64,000 bases of DNA from Verrucomicrobiaceae bacterium (GTDB lineage: Bacteria > Verrucomicrobiota > Verrucomicrobiia > Verrucomicrobiales > Akkermansiaceae), in assembly GCA_027491155.1 (NCBI GenBank), contig JAIXWR010000023.1, forward strand, positions 74,610-138,609, read 5' to 3'. Numbering within the stretch: position 1 is the first letter of the stretch; each line of letters starts with the position of its first letter. The notes beneath the pieces are model-generated. The model was not told the origin of the DNA. It searched no databases and saw only the letters and a program-made list of their open reading frames with translations. The position numbers and the translations under genes were made by a program. Positions 48,712 through 58,581 of this stretch are shown here, piece by piece.

Positions 48712-49992
48712 ATGAAAATCCTCGCCTACCGCGACGCCGACTACGAGTCCTTCGTCAAACGCCTGAACCGCCGGGCGCTGCCGACGCATGATGTGCGGGA
48801 CCTGGTGGGCGAAATCATCGCGGAAGTCGCCGCGCAAGGCGACAAGGCGCTGGTCGCCTATGCCAAGCGCTTCGACAACGTGGTGCTCAAGGAGAAGCAG
48901 CTTTTCGTCACGGCGGAGGAGCTGGCGGCGGTGAAAGTCGCGCCTTCGACGCGCAAGGCGGTGGCGGCGAGCCTGCGGAACATCACGGCTTTCGCGAAGA
49001 AGGGGCTGCGCAAGGATTGGTCGATGCTCAATGCCGAGGGTGCCCGCGTCGGCGAGCGGTTCCAGCCTTTCGACCGAGTCGGCGTGTATGTACCGGGCGG
49101 GAAGGCGCCGCTGGTTTCGACCGCGCTGATGACCGCCGGCTTTGCCAAGGCGGCCGGCGTGCCCGAGATCCTGGCGGCGACGCCCTGCGGTCCGGACGGC
49201 ACGGTGAATCCGGAGCTTCTCCACGCGCTCAAGGCCGCCGGGGTGACCGAGATCCTCAAGATCGGCGGGGCGCAGGCGATCGCGGCGATGGCGCTCGGCA
49301 CGAAGTCGGTGCGGCCGGTGGACCGGATCTTCGGGCCCGGCAACCGCTTCGTGGTGGAGGCCAAGCGGCAGCTTTTCGGGGCGGTGTCGATCGACCTGCT
49401 GCCCGGGCCCAGCGAGGTGCTGATCCTCGCCGACAAGACCGGCAACCCGGATTTCATCGCGGCCGACCTGCTCGCCCAGGCCGAGCACGGCGGGGACAGC
49501 GTGATCGGATTCATCACGGATTCGAAGGCCCTGATCGGCAAGGTGGTCAAGGCGGTGGAGAACCAGCTCCAGACCTTGAACCGGGCCCGCTACATCCGCG
49601 AGGTGCTCAAGCAGGGGACCTTCATCCTGCAGGTCCGGAACATGGCCGAGGCGGTGGAGATTTCGAACGCCTTCGCGGCGGAGCACGTGTCCTTCATCTG
49701 CGCGGAGGAAAAGAAGTGGCTCCCGAAGCTGCGCACCGCGGGGGCGATCTATCTCGGCAACGATTCCCCGGTGGCGGTCGGCGATTTCCTGGCCGGTCCC
49801 AGCCACACGCTGCCGACCGGCGGTAGCGGGCGCTCGTTCTCCGGCCTGCGGGCCGACCAGTTCCAGCGGCGGACGAGCATCGTCAAGATGGACAAGAAGG
49901 CCGTGCGGAAGTCGCTGGCGGTGGTGCGGGAGTTCGCGAGGATCGAAGGGCTGGACGCCCACGGAAGATCGACGGCGATCCGGGTGGAGTAG
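48712..49992 (+). CDS. hisD: Histidinol dehydrogenase
   Basis: 426 aa with VGVYVPGGKAPL, IFGPGNRFV and QAEHG motifs. Confidence 0.92.
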   Translation: MKILAYRDADYESFVKRLNRRALPTHDVRDLVGEIIAEVAAQGDKALVAYAKRFDNVVLKEKQLFVTAEELAAVKVAPSTRKAVAASLRNITAFAKKGLRKDWSMLNAEGARVGERFQPFDRVGVYVPGGKAPLVSTALMTAGFAKAAGVPEILAATPCGPDGTVNPELLHALKAAGVTEILKIGGAQAIAAMALGTKSVRPVDRIFGPGNRFVVEAKRQLFGAVSIDLLPGPSEVLILADKTGNPDFIAADLLAQAEHGGDSVIGFITDSKALIGKVVKAVENQLQTLNRARYIREVLKQGTFILQVRNMAEAVEISNAFAAEHVSFICAEEKKWLPKLRTAGAIYLGNDSPVAVGDFLAGPSHTLPTGGSGRSFSGLRADQFQRRTSIVKMDKKAVRKSLAVVREFARIEGLDAHGRSTAIRVE

Positions 49993-50003
49993 CGGGGTGG
50001 GAG

Positions 50004-50029
50004 ATGTAGCGGCGGTCTGCGACCGTCGG
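50004..50029. repeat. Intergenic repeat family A copy, inverted orientation
   Basis: ATGTAGCGGCGGTCTGCGACCGTCGG. Its reverse complement aligns with GCGGCGGTCAT..GACnnGCCGCTACAT. Confidence 0.55.
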
Positions 50030-50101
50030 TGACTGAAACGAAGCAACGGGATGACCTGCTCCACCCCAAGGGGGAAGCGGGCTGCGAAGGTTGGTTCTCT
50101 A

Positions 50102-50165
50102 CAAATTGCGGCGGTCATCCTTCTTCGCCAAGGCTACGAAGGACAGGCAGACGCGCCGCTACATG
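50102..50165. repeat. Family A repeat interrupted by a family B module (nested repeat)
   Basis: CAAATTGCGGCGGTCAT [CCTTCTTCGCCAAGGCTACGAAGGACAGG] CAGACGCGCCGCTACATG. The bracketed 29 nt match family B at 26067-26093. Confidence 0.6.
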
Positions 50166-50176
50166 CTGGGAGCGGT

Positions 50177-50806
50177 CTAACAAGCCGCCGCGGCTTCCAG
50201 CGCTTCGCGGGTGAGGCGGGTGATTTCGTCCCACTTGCCTTCGTTGACGAGCTGCTTGTCGACCATCCACGAACCGCCGATCGCGGCGACGACGGGGACT
50301 TTCAGATACTCGGCCAGGTTGGCGGAACTGATGCCGCCGGTGGGGATGAACTTCACGCCGGTGTGGCCGTAGGGACCGGCGAAGGCCTTGAGCATGGCGG
50401 GTCCGCCGGCATTCCCGGCGGGGAAGAACTTGAGCAGCTTGCAGCCGAGCGACATCGCTTGCTCGACCTCGCTCGGGGTCATCACGCCGGGGGAGAACTG
50501 CAGGCCGACTTCGGCGGCTTTCGCGATCGTCCGGGGATTCAGGCCGGGGGCGAGCCCGAAGACCGCGCCGGCGTCGCGCGCGCGCTGGACCTGCTCGTTC
50601 TCGAGCAGCGTGCCGGCACCTAACAGGATCTCGGGGAAACGGGCGGCGATGCGGCGGATCGACTCCTCCGCGGCGGCGGTGCGGAAGGTGATTTCCATGA
50701 TGTCGAGGCCGCCGGCGAGCAGCGCTTCGGCGAGGGGTTCGGCGGATTCCGCGCGGTCGAGGACGACGACGGGGACGATGCGCTTGGCGAGGATGCGGTC
50801 GATCAT
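50177..50806 (-). CDS. eda: KDPG / 4-hydroxy-2-oxoglutarate aldolase
   Basis: 209 aa from MIDRILAKRIVPVVVL, with EITFRT, GAGT, KFFPA and PTGGI motifs. The shorter start is supported by the tal terminator lying inside the longer track ORF. Confidence 0.85.
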   Translation of the reverse strand: MIDRILAKRIVPVVVLDRAESAEPLAEALLAGGLDIMEITFRTAAAEESIRRIAARFPEILLGAGTLLENEQVQRARDAGAVFGLAPGLNPRTIAKAAEVGLQFSPGVMTPSEVEQAMSLGCKLLKFFPAGNAGGPAMLKAFAGPYGHTGVKFIPTGGISSANLAEYLKVPVVAAIGGSWMVDKQLVNEGKWDEITRLTREALEAAAAC

Positions 50807-50875
50807 GCTGCGGCGATACTCGGCGGGCGCGGCGGCCTTGCCAAGGCGGCTTCGTGCCAGCGCGGCCGGATCACG

Positions 50876-50907
50876 AAAAAGCCCGCGCACCGGAACGGCG
50901 CGCGGGC
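50876..50907 (-). terminator. Intrinsic terminator for tal
   Basis: GCCCGCGC (50881-50888) pairs with GCGCGGGC (50900-50907). On the minus strand it is followed by TTTTT (plus-strand AAAAA at 50876-50880). It lies 21 nt after the tal stop. Confidence 0.65.
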
Positions 50908-50927
50908 TTGGAAATCCGGACTGCGGA

Positions 50928-51887
50928 TCAGAGCAGGCCTTCGACCAGCTTTTCGAGCTTCACGATGTCGGCGGAGAAGGCGCGGATGCCCTGGGCGGTC
51001 TTCTCGGTGGCCATCGCGTCCTCGTTGAGGGCGAAGCGGAAGGACTTCTCGTCGAAGCTGACCTTCTGCAGGTCGGCCTTGGCGGACTCGGCGGCGGACA
51101 GGCGCTGTTCGACCGGATCGGTCGAGGCCTGGAGTTCGCCGAGCAGGCCGGGGCTGATGGTGAGCAGGTCGCAGCCGGCCAGCGCGAGGATCTCGCCCTT
51201 GTTGCGGAAGGAGGCGCCCATGACCTCGGTCTTGTAGCCGAACTTCTTGTAGTAGGTGTAGATCTGCTTCACCGAGATCACGCCGGGATCGGCATCGCCC
51301 TCGTAGGTCAGGCCGGTCGAGGCCTTGTACCAGTCGAGGATGCGGCCGACGAAGGGCGAGATGAGCTGGACGCCGGCTTCGGCGCAGGCGACGGCCTGGG
51401 CGAAGGAGAACAGCAGGGTGAGGTTGCAGTGGATGCCCTGCTTTTCGAGGATCTCCGCGGCCTTGATGCCTTCCCAGGTGGAGGCGATCTTGATCAGGAT
51501 GCGGTCCTTGGAGATGCCTTCCTTTTCGTAGGCGGCGATGAGCTGGAGGGCCTTGGCGACGGTGCCTTCGGTGTCGAAGGAGAGGCGGGCGTCGACTTCG
51601 GTCGAGACGCGGCCGGGGACGATCTTGAGGATCTCGAGGCCGAAGAGGATGAGGATGCGGTCGAGGACGCCTTCCACCAGCGCCGGGCCGGTGAGGCCGG
51701 AGCCCTTGAGTTCGGCCACGGCCTTTTCCACCAGGTGCTTGTATTCCGGTTTCGCGGCGGCCTGGAGGATGAGCGACGGGTTGGTCGTGGCGTCCTGCGG
51801 CTGGTAGGACTTCATCGACTCGAAATCGCCGGTGTCGGCGACGACGGTGGTGAACTGCTTGAGTTGATCGAGTTGCGTGGCGCTCAT
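50928..51887 (-). CDS. tal: Transaldolase (TalB type)
   Basis: 319 aa: [28 protein letters not shown] and [10 protein letters not shown] motifs. Confidence 0.9.
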   Translation of the reverse strand: MSATQLDQLKQFTTVVADTGDFESMKSYQPQDATTNPSLILQAAAKPEYKHLVEKAVAELKGSGLTGPALVEGVLDRILILFGLEILKIVPGRVSTEVDARLSFDTEGTVAKALQLIAAYEKEGISKDRILIKIASTWEGIKAAEILEKQGIHCNLTLLFSFAQAVACAEAGVQLISPFVGRILDWYKASTGLTYEGDADPGVISVKQIYTYYKKFGYKTEVMGASFRNKGEILALAGCDLLTISPGLLGELQASTDPVEQRLSAAESAKADLQKVSFDEKSFRFALNEDAMATEKTAQGIRAFSADIVKLEKLVEGLL

Positions 51888-51947
51888 GGCGGGGGCGGGG
51901 TAGGCGGGAATCGCGGCGGAGGCGAGGCGAAAAAGTGTCTTCCGTCG

Positions 51948-54287
51948 TCATTCCACCCGCTTCCCGCTCGCCGGATCGATCACGACCGGCCAGCCGGGGT
52001 AGGGCTGGTTGTCGGGGGCGGGCTTGGCGGGGGAAGCCCAGTAGGGCCAGTTCTCGAGGCGGACCTTGCCGCTGGCGGGGTCCCAGGTGGTGAGGGTGTA
52101 GCCGACGGCGCGGTCGAAGAGGCGGGCGGGTTCGCGGTCGATGTCGTGCGGGTTGGCCACGGCGTGGATGCTGATCTTGTTGCCGAAGGCGTCCTCGAAG
52201 TCGCCGGTCCATTTCGGGGCGCCGGGGCGGCGGTTCTTGCCTTCGGCGGCGGGCATCCAGCGGCGCGGCCAGACGTTGGCGGTGGCGGGCGAGCTGATCC
52301 AGAAGGAGCCGTCGCCCCAGGACTCGAGTCCGTATTGGCCGGTGCTGCCGAGGTGCTGGTCGCCGGTGAGATGGACGGCCTTGGCTTCGGCGAGCATTTT
52401 CAAGGTGCGGAGCCGCGCGGCGCCGGGCCAGCCGTTGGTGTCGAAGTCCGGCTTCGGTTCATCGTCGGGCGCGTATTCGCCGGGACGGAGGACCTTGAGA
52501 TCGGGCACGCCGGCGTCGGATTTCATGTCGACGGGCAGGGTCTGGGGGGCGCAGAAGGGCGACTGGGAGAGGGCGATGCGGAATTTCGCGTCCTTGGCCG
52601 GGGTCTTGGCCCAGCGGGCGAGGTAGGTTTCCTGACGGATGCCGAGCAGGTCGGCGTCGGCCACGTCGGCGGCGGTGCGGGGATCCCAGTCCTTGGCCTG
52701 GGGCCAGCCGTTCTCGATTTCCGCGGCGGGCAGCAGCGCTTTCGGCGCGGACTTGAACTGGCGGTCGGCGAGGATCACGAAGTCGAGCGGCCCCCAGGCG
52801 TGGCGGGTGAAATAGACGCTCATCCCGCTGCGGCAGGGGGAGGGGTCGGCGGGGTCGGGTAGGTTGCCGGTCTGGGTGCGGTGGACCGCGTTGACGAACT
52901 CGACCGACATCTTGTAGCCGCCGGAATCCTGGGAGGAGTTGCCGTAGCCGCGGGACGTGTCGGACGGGTTGCCGCCGGCGCCCCAGAGGTTGCCGTGGAA
53001 GACGTCGTGGTCGTCGGGAAGGGTGACGGAGGGCGTGTCGCGCAGGATTTCCCGCCAGGTCCAGCCGTGCATGGCATACTTCCGGAGATAGGAAAGCAGG
53101 GCGCGATCGCTCGGGCGGTGGTCGTAGACCAGTCCGTAGCCGCCGATTCCCTCGTAGATCTGGTCGCCGTGGAAGGTGATGAAGTCGGGTGCCTGGGTGC
53201 GGATGTTCGCGACGAGGTCGGCGTGGGGGAAGCCGGTGGAGTCGTTGCAGGAAAGCGAGGCGATCTTGAGCGGGCGGCCCGAGGGAGCCGGGCGGATGAC
53301 GCCCTTGTAGGAGTCGCCGGCCAGCTTCACTTCGAAGGGTGTTTCCTTGGACGGGTCCATCCGGAGGACGCGGAAGCGGGCCGTGCGCGAGGCCGGGTCG
53401 AGCACCGCCGAGACCGGGCTGCGGCCGGGGAGGACGAGTTCCGCCTCGATGCGTTCGCTGCGGGCGAAGGGGGCGGCCTGGGCGAGCAGGCAGAGCGTCC
53501 CGTCGTTGTCCAGGGTGTAAGTGGTCCAGAGGATGGGACCGAAGGCGCGCTCGGGCAGCCGCTGGAACTTCGATCCGGAGATCTCGAGCTTGCTTAAGCC
53601 GAAGCGGCCCTCGCCTTCGCGCTTTTGGGAAATCGGCGGTAGCTGGGCGGGTCGGGGTGCGGCGAGGTCGGCGGCAGGGGCGGGCTGGGTGGAGGCGGTC
53701 ATCGCGACCAGCCCCGGCAGCCAGCTTGAGTGAGCGCGGGTGCTCACGCTTCGGAGGATCTTGCCGGTGGCATCCTGCACCAGCAGGTCGAGTTCGTAGA
53801 GATCGCCTTCCGCGGGTTCGCCCTTGAGTTCGAGCACGATCCCGCGGAGCGGCAGCGGCAGCGGTTCGCCGGTGGCCTTGGTCTTGCCGATGAAGGCGCG
53901 GCCGGTGAAGTCGATGCCCGCGCTGAATCCGGTGCCGAGCACCGCGGCTTCGCGGTAGTCGCCGGACGGGGCGCGGAGGCCGGCCTGGATGCCGACGAAG
54001 CCGTCGCCGAACAGCTCGAAGGAGATCTGGTCGAGGAGGAAGCGGGCGTTGAAGGTTCCCTTTTCGGCGGTGACCTCCGCGCTCAGCAGCACCACGTTGC
54101 GGTTGCCGCCGGAGAAGGTGTTCTCGAGGCGGCCCTTGGCGGTGTGCCAGTCTTCCGCCGGATTGGCCCAGTAATCCTTGCCGGGCCAGGGACGGGTGAC
54201 GTTCGCGGCGATGTCGGGAACAAACTTCTCCTCGGCGGCCAGGATGCCCGGAAGGGCGAGCAAAAGGAAGATCAGGCGGGGGATCAC
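51948..54287 (-). CDS. Exported PhoD-like metallophosphatase domain protein with large N-terminal beta-rich region
   Basis: 779 aa with a signal peptide. The C-terminal half has ITFHGDQIYE and LPDDHDVFHGNLWG, which resemble PhoD-like phosphatases. The start is GTG. Confidence 0.6.
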   Translation of the reverse strand: MIPRLIFLLLALPGILAAEEKFVPDIAANVTRPWPGKDYWANPAEDWHTAKGRLENTFSGGNRNVVLLSAEVTAEKGTFNARFLLDQISFELFGDGFVGIQAGLRAPSGDYREAAVLGTGFSAGIDFTGRAFIGKTKATGEPLPLPLRGIVLELKGEPAEGDLYELDLLVQDATGKILRSVSTRAHSSWLPGLVAMTASTQPAPAADLAAPRPAQLPPISQKREGEGRFGLSKLEISGSKFQRLPERAFGPILWTTYTLDNDGTLCLLAQAAPFARSERIEAELVLPGRSPVSAVLDPASRTARFRVLRMDPSKETPFEVKLAGDSYKGVIRPAPSGRPLKIASLSCNDSTGFPHADLVANIRTQAPDFITFHGDQIYEGIGGYGLVYDHRPSDRALLSYLRKYAMHGWTWREILRDTPSVTLPDDHDVFHGNLWGAGGNPSDTSRGYGNSSQDSGGYKMSVEFVNAVHRTQTGNLPDPADPSPCRSGMSVYFTRHAWGPLDFVILADRQFKSAPKALLPAAEIENGWPQAKDWDPRTAADVADADLLGIRQETYLARWAKTPAKDAKFRIALSQSPFCAPQTLPVDMKSDAGVPDLKVLRPGEYAPDDEPKPDFDTNGWPGAARLRTLKMLAEAKAVHLTGDQHLGSTGQYGLESWGDGSFWISSPATANVWPRRWMPAAEGKNRRPGAPKWTGDFEDAFGNKISIHAVANPHDIDREPARLFDRAVGYTLTTWDPASGKVRLENWPYWASPAKPAPDNQPYPGWPVVIDPASGKRVE

Positions 54288-54336
54288 GATCGGAAGCTAG
54301 GAAATGCGGAGGCCTCCCGGCAACCGCGGATTCCGC

Positions 54337-55263
54337 TCAGCGCCCGTTTTCGAGATCGGATTGCGACTTCTTGAGGTATTGCTCGTCGCGCAGTTTGCGC
54401 AGGTATTCCAGGTAGCGGCGCTGGGCGTCGGCATCGGGCCCGCCCGGGGTGGTGGCGGCAGGGGTCTTGCCGTATTTCTTCCAGGGACCGTAGGGGACCT
54501 GGGCGTCCTCGACGAAGCGCCAGTGGCATTTCTGGCCGGACTGCAGGTCGAGGTAATCGCGGACGGCCGGCGAGATGTCGATGGCGGCGCCCTTGTTGGC
54601 GGTGTTCTTCGGGCGTTTGCCGAGGAAGACGTATTCCCAGTCGTCGGTCACCCAGGGCCCGCAGTCTTCCCATTGGGCGTAGCAGCTGCGCTTGCCGTTG
54701 TAGATCTGGATCCAGCGGCCCTTGAGGACGGTCTTGCCGGGGGCCGGCTTCATGCGGGCGAACCAGGGGATGACCTTGGCGGCCTCGGGCTTGTGGCGCG
54801 ACCAGCCGGCGACGTCGTTGTAGGGAAGGGCGACGTAGAACGGATTCAGGCCCGGCTTGAAGCCCTTCGGCCGGAAATCCCCGGTGTGGTGGTCGGCGAT
54901 GCGGGCGGCCGGATCCGGGTTGTCGTAGCCGCCGAAATTGATCGCCCACTCCTGATCCCAGGAAGACTTGTGGTTGGGGGTCGGATTGTTCTGGGTGGGT
55001 TGTTCGCCGATCCAGAAGATCGTGGCGGTGATGTTCTGGCGCCAGGGGTAGAGGATGCCGGCACCGGGCTGGACCGGCCTCACGGGCGCGGTCGGGCGGT
55101 TCGAGGTCGGGATGACCACGCGCGGCAGGTTGCCGGTGGTCGTCGCCGTTTGCCCGGGCAGGGCGGGAACGGAAACCGCGAGGGCCAGGAGCACGCGGGA
55201 AAGCAGGGCGGCGGGACGAGGTCCCGGGCGCTTTTTCCCATCTCGGGTGGTTTGCTGGCTCAT
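54337..55263 (-). CDS. Exported hypothetical protein (Trp-rich)
   Basis: 308 aa with an N-terminal signal-like segment. Blocks ATIFWIGEQP, NPFYVALPYND and AQWEDCGPW are present. A possible double-psi beta-barrel-like fold is a guess only. Confidence 0.45.
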   Translation of the reverse strand: MSQQTTRDGKKRPGPRPAALLSRVLLALAVSVPALPGQTATTTGNLPRVVIPTSNRPTAPVRPVQPGAGILYPWRQNITATIFWIGEQPTQNNPTPNHKSSWDQEWAINFGGYDNPDPAARIADHHTGDFRPKGFKPGLNPFYVALPYNDVAGWSRHKPEAAKVIPWFARMKPAPGKTVLKGRWIQIYNGKRSCYAQWEDCGPWVTDDWEYVFLGKRPKNTANKGAAIDISPAVRDYLDLQSGQKCHWRFVEDAQVPYGPWKKYGKTPAATTPGGPDADAQRRYLEYLRKLRDEQYLKKSQSDLENGR

Positions 55264-55275
55264 GGCGGGGGTTTT

Positions 55276-56889
55276 CTAAAAACGGCGGAGGACGGTGTCC
55301 CGCAGGAATCTGTCGTCAGGCGCGGGGTAGTCTAGCGTATGGTGCAAGCCCCTCGATTCCCGGCGGCGGATGGCGCAGTCGACGACGAGGGAAGCGACGG
55401 CGACGAGGTTGCGCAACTCCAGAATGTCGGCGGTCACCCGGTGGCCCCAGTAGAACTCGCGGACTTCCTTTTTCAAATTCCGCAATCGCGTGCCGGCACG
55501 GCGCAGGCGGTTGTCGGTGCGGACGATCGACACGTAGTCCCACATCAGGCGGCGGAGCTCGTCCCAATTGTGGTAGATCACGACCAGCTCGTCGGGCGCG
55601 GTGACGTCGCCGTGGTGCCAATCCGGGATTTCCGGCGCATCGTCGGTGTGCTTGGCCACTCCGTAGTGGCTGAGGATGTCGGCGAGGGCGCGGCGGGCGA
55701 TCACGTTGCCCTCGAGCAGGGAATTGGAAGCCAGGCGGTTCGCGCCGTGGAGGCCGGTGCAGGCGACCTCGCCGATGGCGTAGAGGCCGCGGATGGTGGT
55801 CTTGCCGTTGACGTCGGTGACGACGCCGCCGCACTGGTAATGGGCGGCCGGCACGACGGGGATCGGCTGCTTTTCGCAATCGAGGCCGAAGCTACGAAGC
55901 TTCTCGTGGATGAACGGAAAGCGCTCCCGCATGAAGCCCGGCGGCTTGTGGGTGACGTCGAGATAGACGCAGGGCGCGCCGGTTTTCTTGATCTCGCGGT
56001 CGATCGCCCGGGCCACGATGTCGCGCGGGGCCAGCGAGCCGCGCGGATCGGCTTTCCTCGTGAAATCCTCGCCCTTGGCATTGATCAGGATGCCGCCCTC
56101 GCCGCGCACCGCCTCGCTTACCAGGAAGGACCGCGCTTCGGCGCCGGTCGCGGCCGGATTGTAGAAGCAGGTCGGGTGAAACTGGATGAACTCCATGTTC
56201 GCCACGCTGGCACCGGCGCGCCAGGCCATCGCCACGCCGTCGCCGGTCGCGGAATCAGGATTGGTGGTGTAGAGGTAAACCTTCCCGCAGCCGCCGGTCG
56301 CCAGCAGCACCCGGTCGGAGCGGAAGATCCGCACCTCGCCGCTCGCCTTTTCGAGCACGTAGGCGCCGAGCACCCGGTCCTCGGTGGTCGAGCCGAGCTT
56401 GCCGGTGGTGATCAGGTCGATGGTGAAATGGTCCTCCAGCAAGGTCAGGTTCGGCGTGCGGCGGGCGACTTCGACCATCGACTCCGCGATTTCCCGGCCG
56501 GTGGTGTCGCGGGCGTGGAGGATGCGGCGTTTCGAGTGGCCGCCTTCCTTGCCCAGCGCGAAATGGTCGTCGTGCTTGTCGAAATCCACGCCGTAGCCGG
56601 TCAGGTCGTCGATCGTCGCCGCGCCTTCGCCGATGATCGCGCGGACCACATCCTCGCGGCAAAGCCCGGCACCGGCATCGAGGGTATCGGCGACGTGGAG
56701 TTCCACTGAATCGCCATCGTCGCAGAAGCCCGGCTGCAGCACCGAGGCGATCCCGCCCTGGGCCCAGGCCGTGTTGGAATCGAGGGCGTTGCCTTTCGTC
56801 AGGACGATGACCGACCCGTGGGCCGCGGCCCGGATGGCGAAGGAGAGACCGGCAATGCCTGCGCCGATCACCAGGAAGTCACACGTCAT
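55276..56889 (-). CDS. nadB: L-aspartate oxidase
   Basis: 537 aa with an FAD motif (DFLVIGAGIAGL) and HPTCF and RLASNSLLEG motifs. Confidence 0.92.
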   Translation of the reverse strand: MTCDFLVIGAGIAGLSFAIRAAAHGSVIVLTKGNALDSNTAWAQGGIASVLQPGFCDDGDSVELHVADTLDAGAGLCREDVVRAIIGEGAATIDDLTGYGVDFDKHDDHFALGKEGGHSKRRILHARDTTGREIAESMVEVARRTPNLTLLEDHFTIDLITTGKLGSTTEDRVLGAYVLEKASGEVRIFRSDRVLLATGGCGKVYLYTTNPDSATGDGVAMAWRAGASVANMEFIQFHPTCFYNPAATGAEARSFLVSEAVRGEGGILINAKGEDFTRKADPRGSLAPRDIVARAIDREIKKTGAPCVYLDVTHKPPGFMRERFPFIHEKLRSFGLDCEKQPIPVVPAAHYQCGGVVTDVNGKTTIRGLYAIGEVACTGLHGANRLASNSLLEGNVIARRALADILSHYGVAKHTDDAPEIPDWHHGDVTAPDELVVIYHNWDELRRLMWDYVSIVRTDNRLRRAGTRLRNLKKEVREFYWGHRVTADILELRNLVAVASLVVDCAIRRRESRGLHHTLDYPAPDDRFLRDTVLRRF

Positions 56890-56938
56890 GGGGGCGGCAG
56901 GATGGCCGGGGATTTCCGCGGGGAAAGGGCAAAAAATG

Positions 56939-57784
56939 TCACGGCAACAGCGTCACGTGGTCGATCAGCCGCACGTCGCCGTAGAAGACCGCCGTCGCCA
57001 GCACCGCGGGGCGTTTGATGGGGCCGACGGGCTGCAGGGTCTCGGCATCGACCAGTTCCAGGTAGTCGATCCGCAGGAAAGGGGAGTCCTCGAGGTGCTT
57101 GCGGGCCGCGGCGAGAAAGGGCGCGGCGGAGCGCTCGCCGAATTGGAGCAGCGAACGAGCTCCTTCCAGCGCCCGGCGGATCCGCGGGGCGTCGGCGCGG
57201 TGCTCGGGAGTGAGGCGGACATTCCGCGAAGACATGGCCAGGCCGTCCGGCTCGCGGACGGTGGGGTGGCCGATGATTTCCACCGGCACGTCGAGGTCGC
57301 GGACCATGCGGCGGAGGATCGCGAGCTGCTGGACGTCTTTTTCCCCGAACACCGCGGCATCGGCCTGGAAGAGGTTGAAGAGCTTCAGCACCACGGTGCA
57401 GACCCCGTCGAAGTGCCCCGGCCGGGTCGCGCCGCAAAGATGTTTGGAGAGCAGCGACTCGGTGACGGTGACCGAGCGGTCCGGAAAGTACATCGCGCCC
57501 GCTTCCGGAGCGAACACGAGGTCGACCCCGGCCGCCTGGCACTTCGCCAGGTCGTCTTCCAGCGGCTTCGGGTAGGCGGCGAGGTCGCCCGGGCGGTCGA
57601 ACTGGATCGGATTGACGAAGATCGACACCGCCACGGTGCCGTCCGGCCCGGCGGCCTTGCGGGCCCGGTGGACCAGCGCGAGGTGGCCGTCGTGGAGCGC
57701 GCCCATCGTCGGCACCAGCACCCGCGGGCGGGGCAGGGCGGCGAGCTGGAGGCGCAGGTCATCGGGGGTTCGGGCGATCCGCAT
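56939..57784 (-). CDS. panC: Pantoate--beta-alanine ligase
   Basis: 281 aa with PTMGALHDGHL, FVNPIQF and GEKD.QQ motifs. Confidence 0.92.
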   Translation of the reverse strand: MRIARTPDDLRLQLAALPRPRVLVPTMGALHDGHLALVHRARKAAGPDGTVAVSIFVNPIQFDRPGDLAAYPKPLEDDLAKCQAAGVDLVFAPEAGAMYFPDRSVTVTESLLSKHLCGATRPGHFDGVCTVVLKLFNLFQADAAVFGEKDVQQLAILRRMVRDLDVPVEIIGHPTVREPDGLAMSSRNVRLTPEHRADAPRIRRALEGARSLLQFGERSAAPFLAAARKHLEDSPFLRIDYLELVDAETLQPVGPIKRPAVLATAVFYGDVRLIDHVTLLP

Positions 57785-57899
57785 GGGGCGTCGATCGTCG
57801 GCTTCCCGGCGCGATTCCGCAAGGCCCGGATGGGGCGTTGACGCCTCCCGGATTTCGGTTCAACGTCCCGCCCATCCCAAGGGGAACCCCATTCATTCA

Positions 57900-58559
57900 A
57901 TGACCATCATCCGCCGAATCACCGCCCTCGTCCTCGCCGCCGCCCTCTGCGGGACCGCTGCGGCCCAGGAAGGCAAGCTCAAGATCGCCACGGTCGACAT
58001 GCAGCGGCTTTTCAAGGAATACCACCGCACCAACGAGGCGCAGAAAGAGATCAACGTCGAGCGCGCGCGGATCCAGAAGGACAACAACGACCGCCTCGCC
58101 CACATCCGCGAGCTGGACACCGAGCTCCAGAACATGCGCAAGCAGCTGGAGGATCCCTCGATCTCCGAGTCGAAGAAGCAGAGCACCTTCAACGAGTGGA
58201 ACATCAAGCAGCAGGAAGGCATCGCCCTCGACCGTGAGCGCCGCGAGTTCCTCCAGCGCCGCAACCAGTCGCTCAACGAGAAGATGGTCCAGCGCATGAA
58301 GGGCATCCTCGACGAGATCCGCAAGCTGGTGGAGGAAAAGGCCAAGACCGAGGACTACGACTACGTCTTCGACAAGTCCGGCCTGAGCACGTCGCAGGTG
58401 CCGTTCTTCCTCTACACCAAGGATGCGACCGACATCACCGCGGTGCTGCTGAAGGACCTCAACAAGGACGCTCCTGCCGAAAGCGCGCCTTCCGAAGAGG
58501 CGGCTCCCGAAGCCACCCCGGCACCCGCTCCCGAGGCTCCCGCCGGCGGCGGCGAGTGA
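57900..58559 (+). CDS. skp: OmpH/Skp family periplasmic chaperone
   Basis: A signal peptide, IATVDMQRLFKEY, and a long charged coiled-coil region. It lies directly upstream of lpxD. Confidence 0.8.
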   Translation: MTIIRRITALVLAAALCGTAAAQEGKLKIATVDMQRLFKEYHRTNEAQKEINVERARIQKDNNDRLAHIRELDTELQNMRKQLEDPSISESKKQSTFNEWNIKQQEGIALDRERREFLQRRNQSLNEKMVQRMKGILDEIRKLVEEKAKTEDYDYVFDKSGLSTSQVPFFLYTKDATDITAVLLKDLNKDAPAESAPSEEAAPEATPAPAPEAPAGGGE

Positions 58560-58581
58560 TCCACGCCACGCGCCCCGTCCC

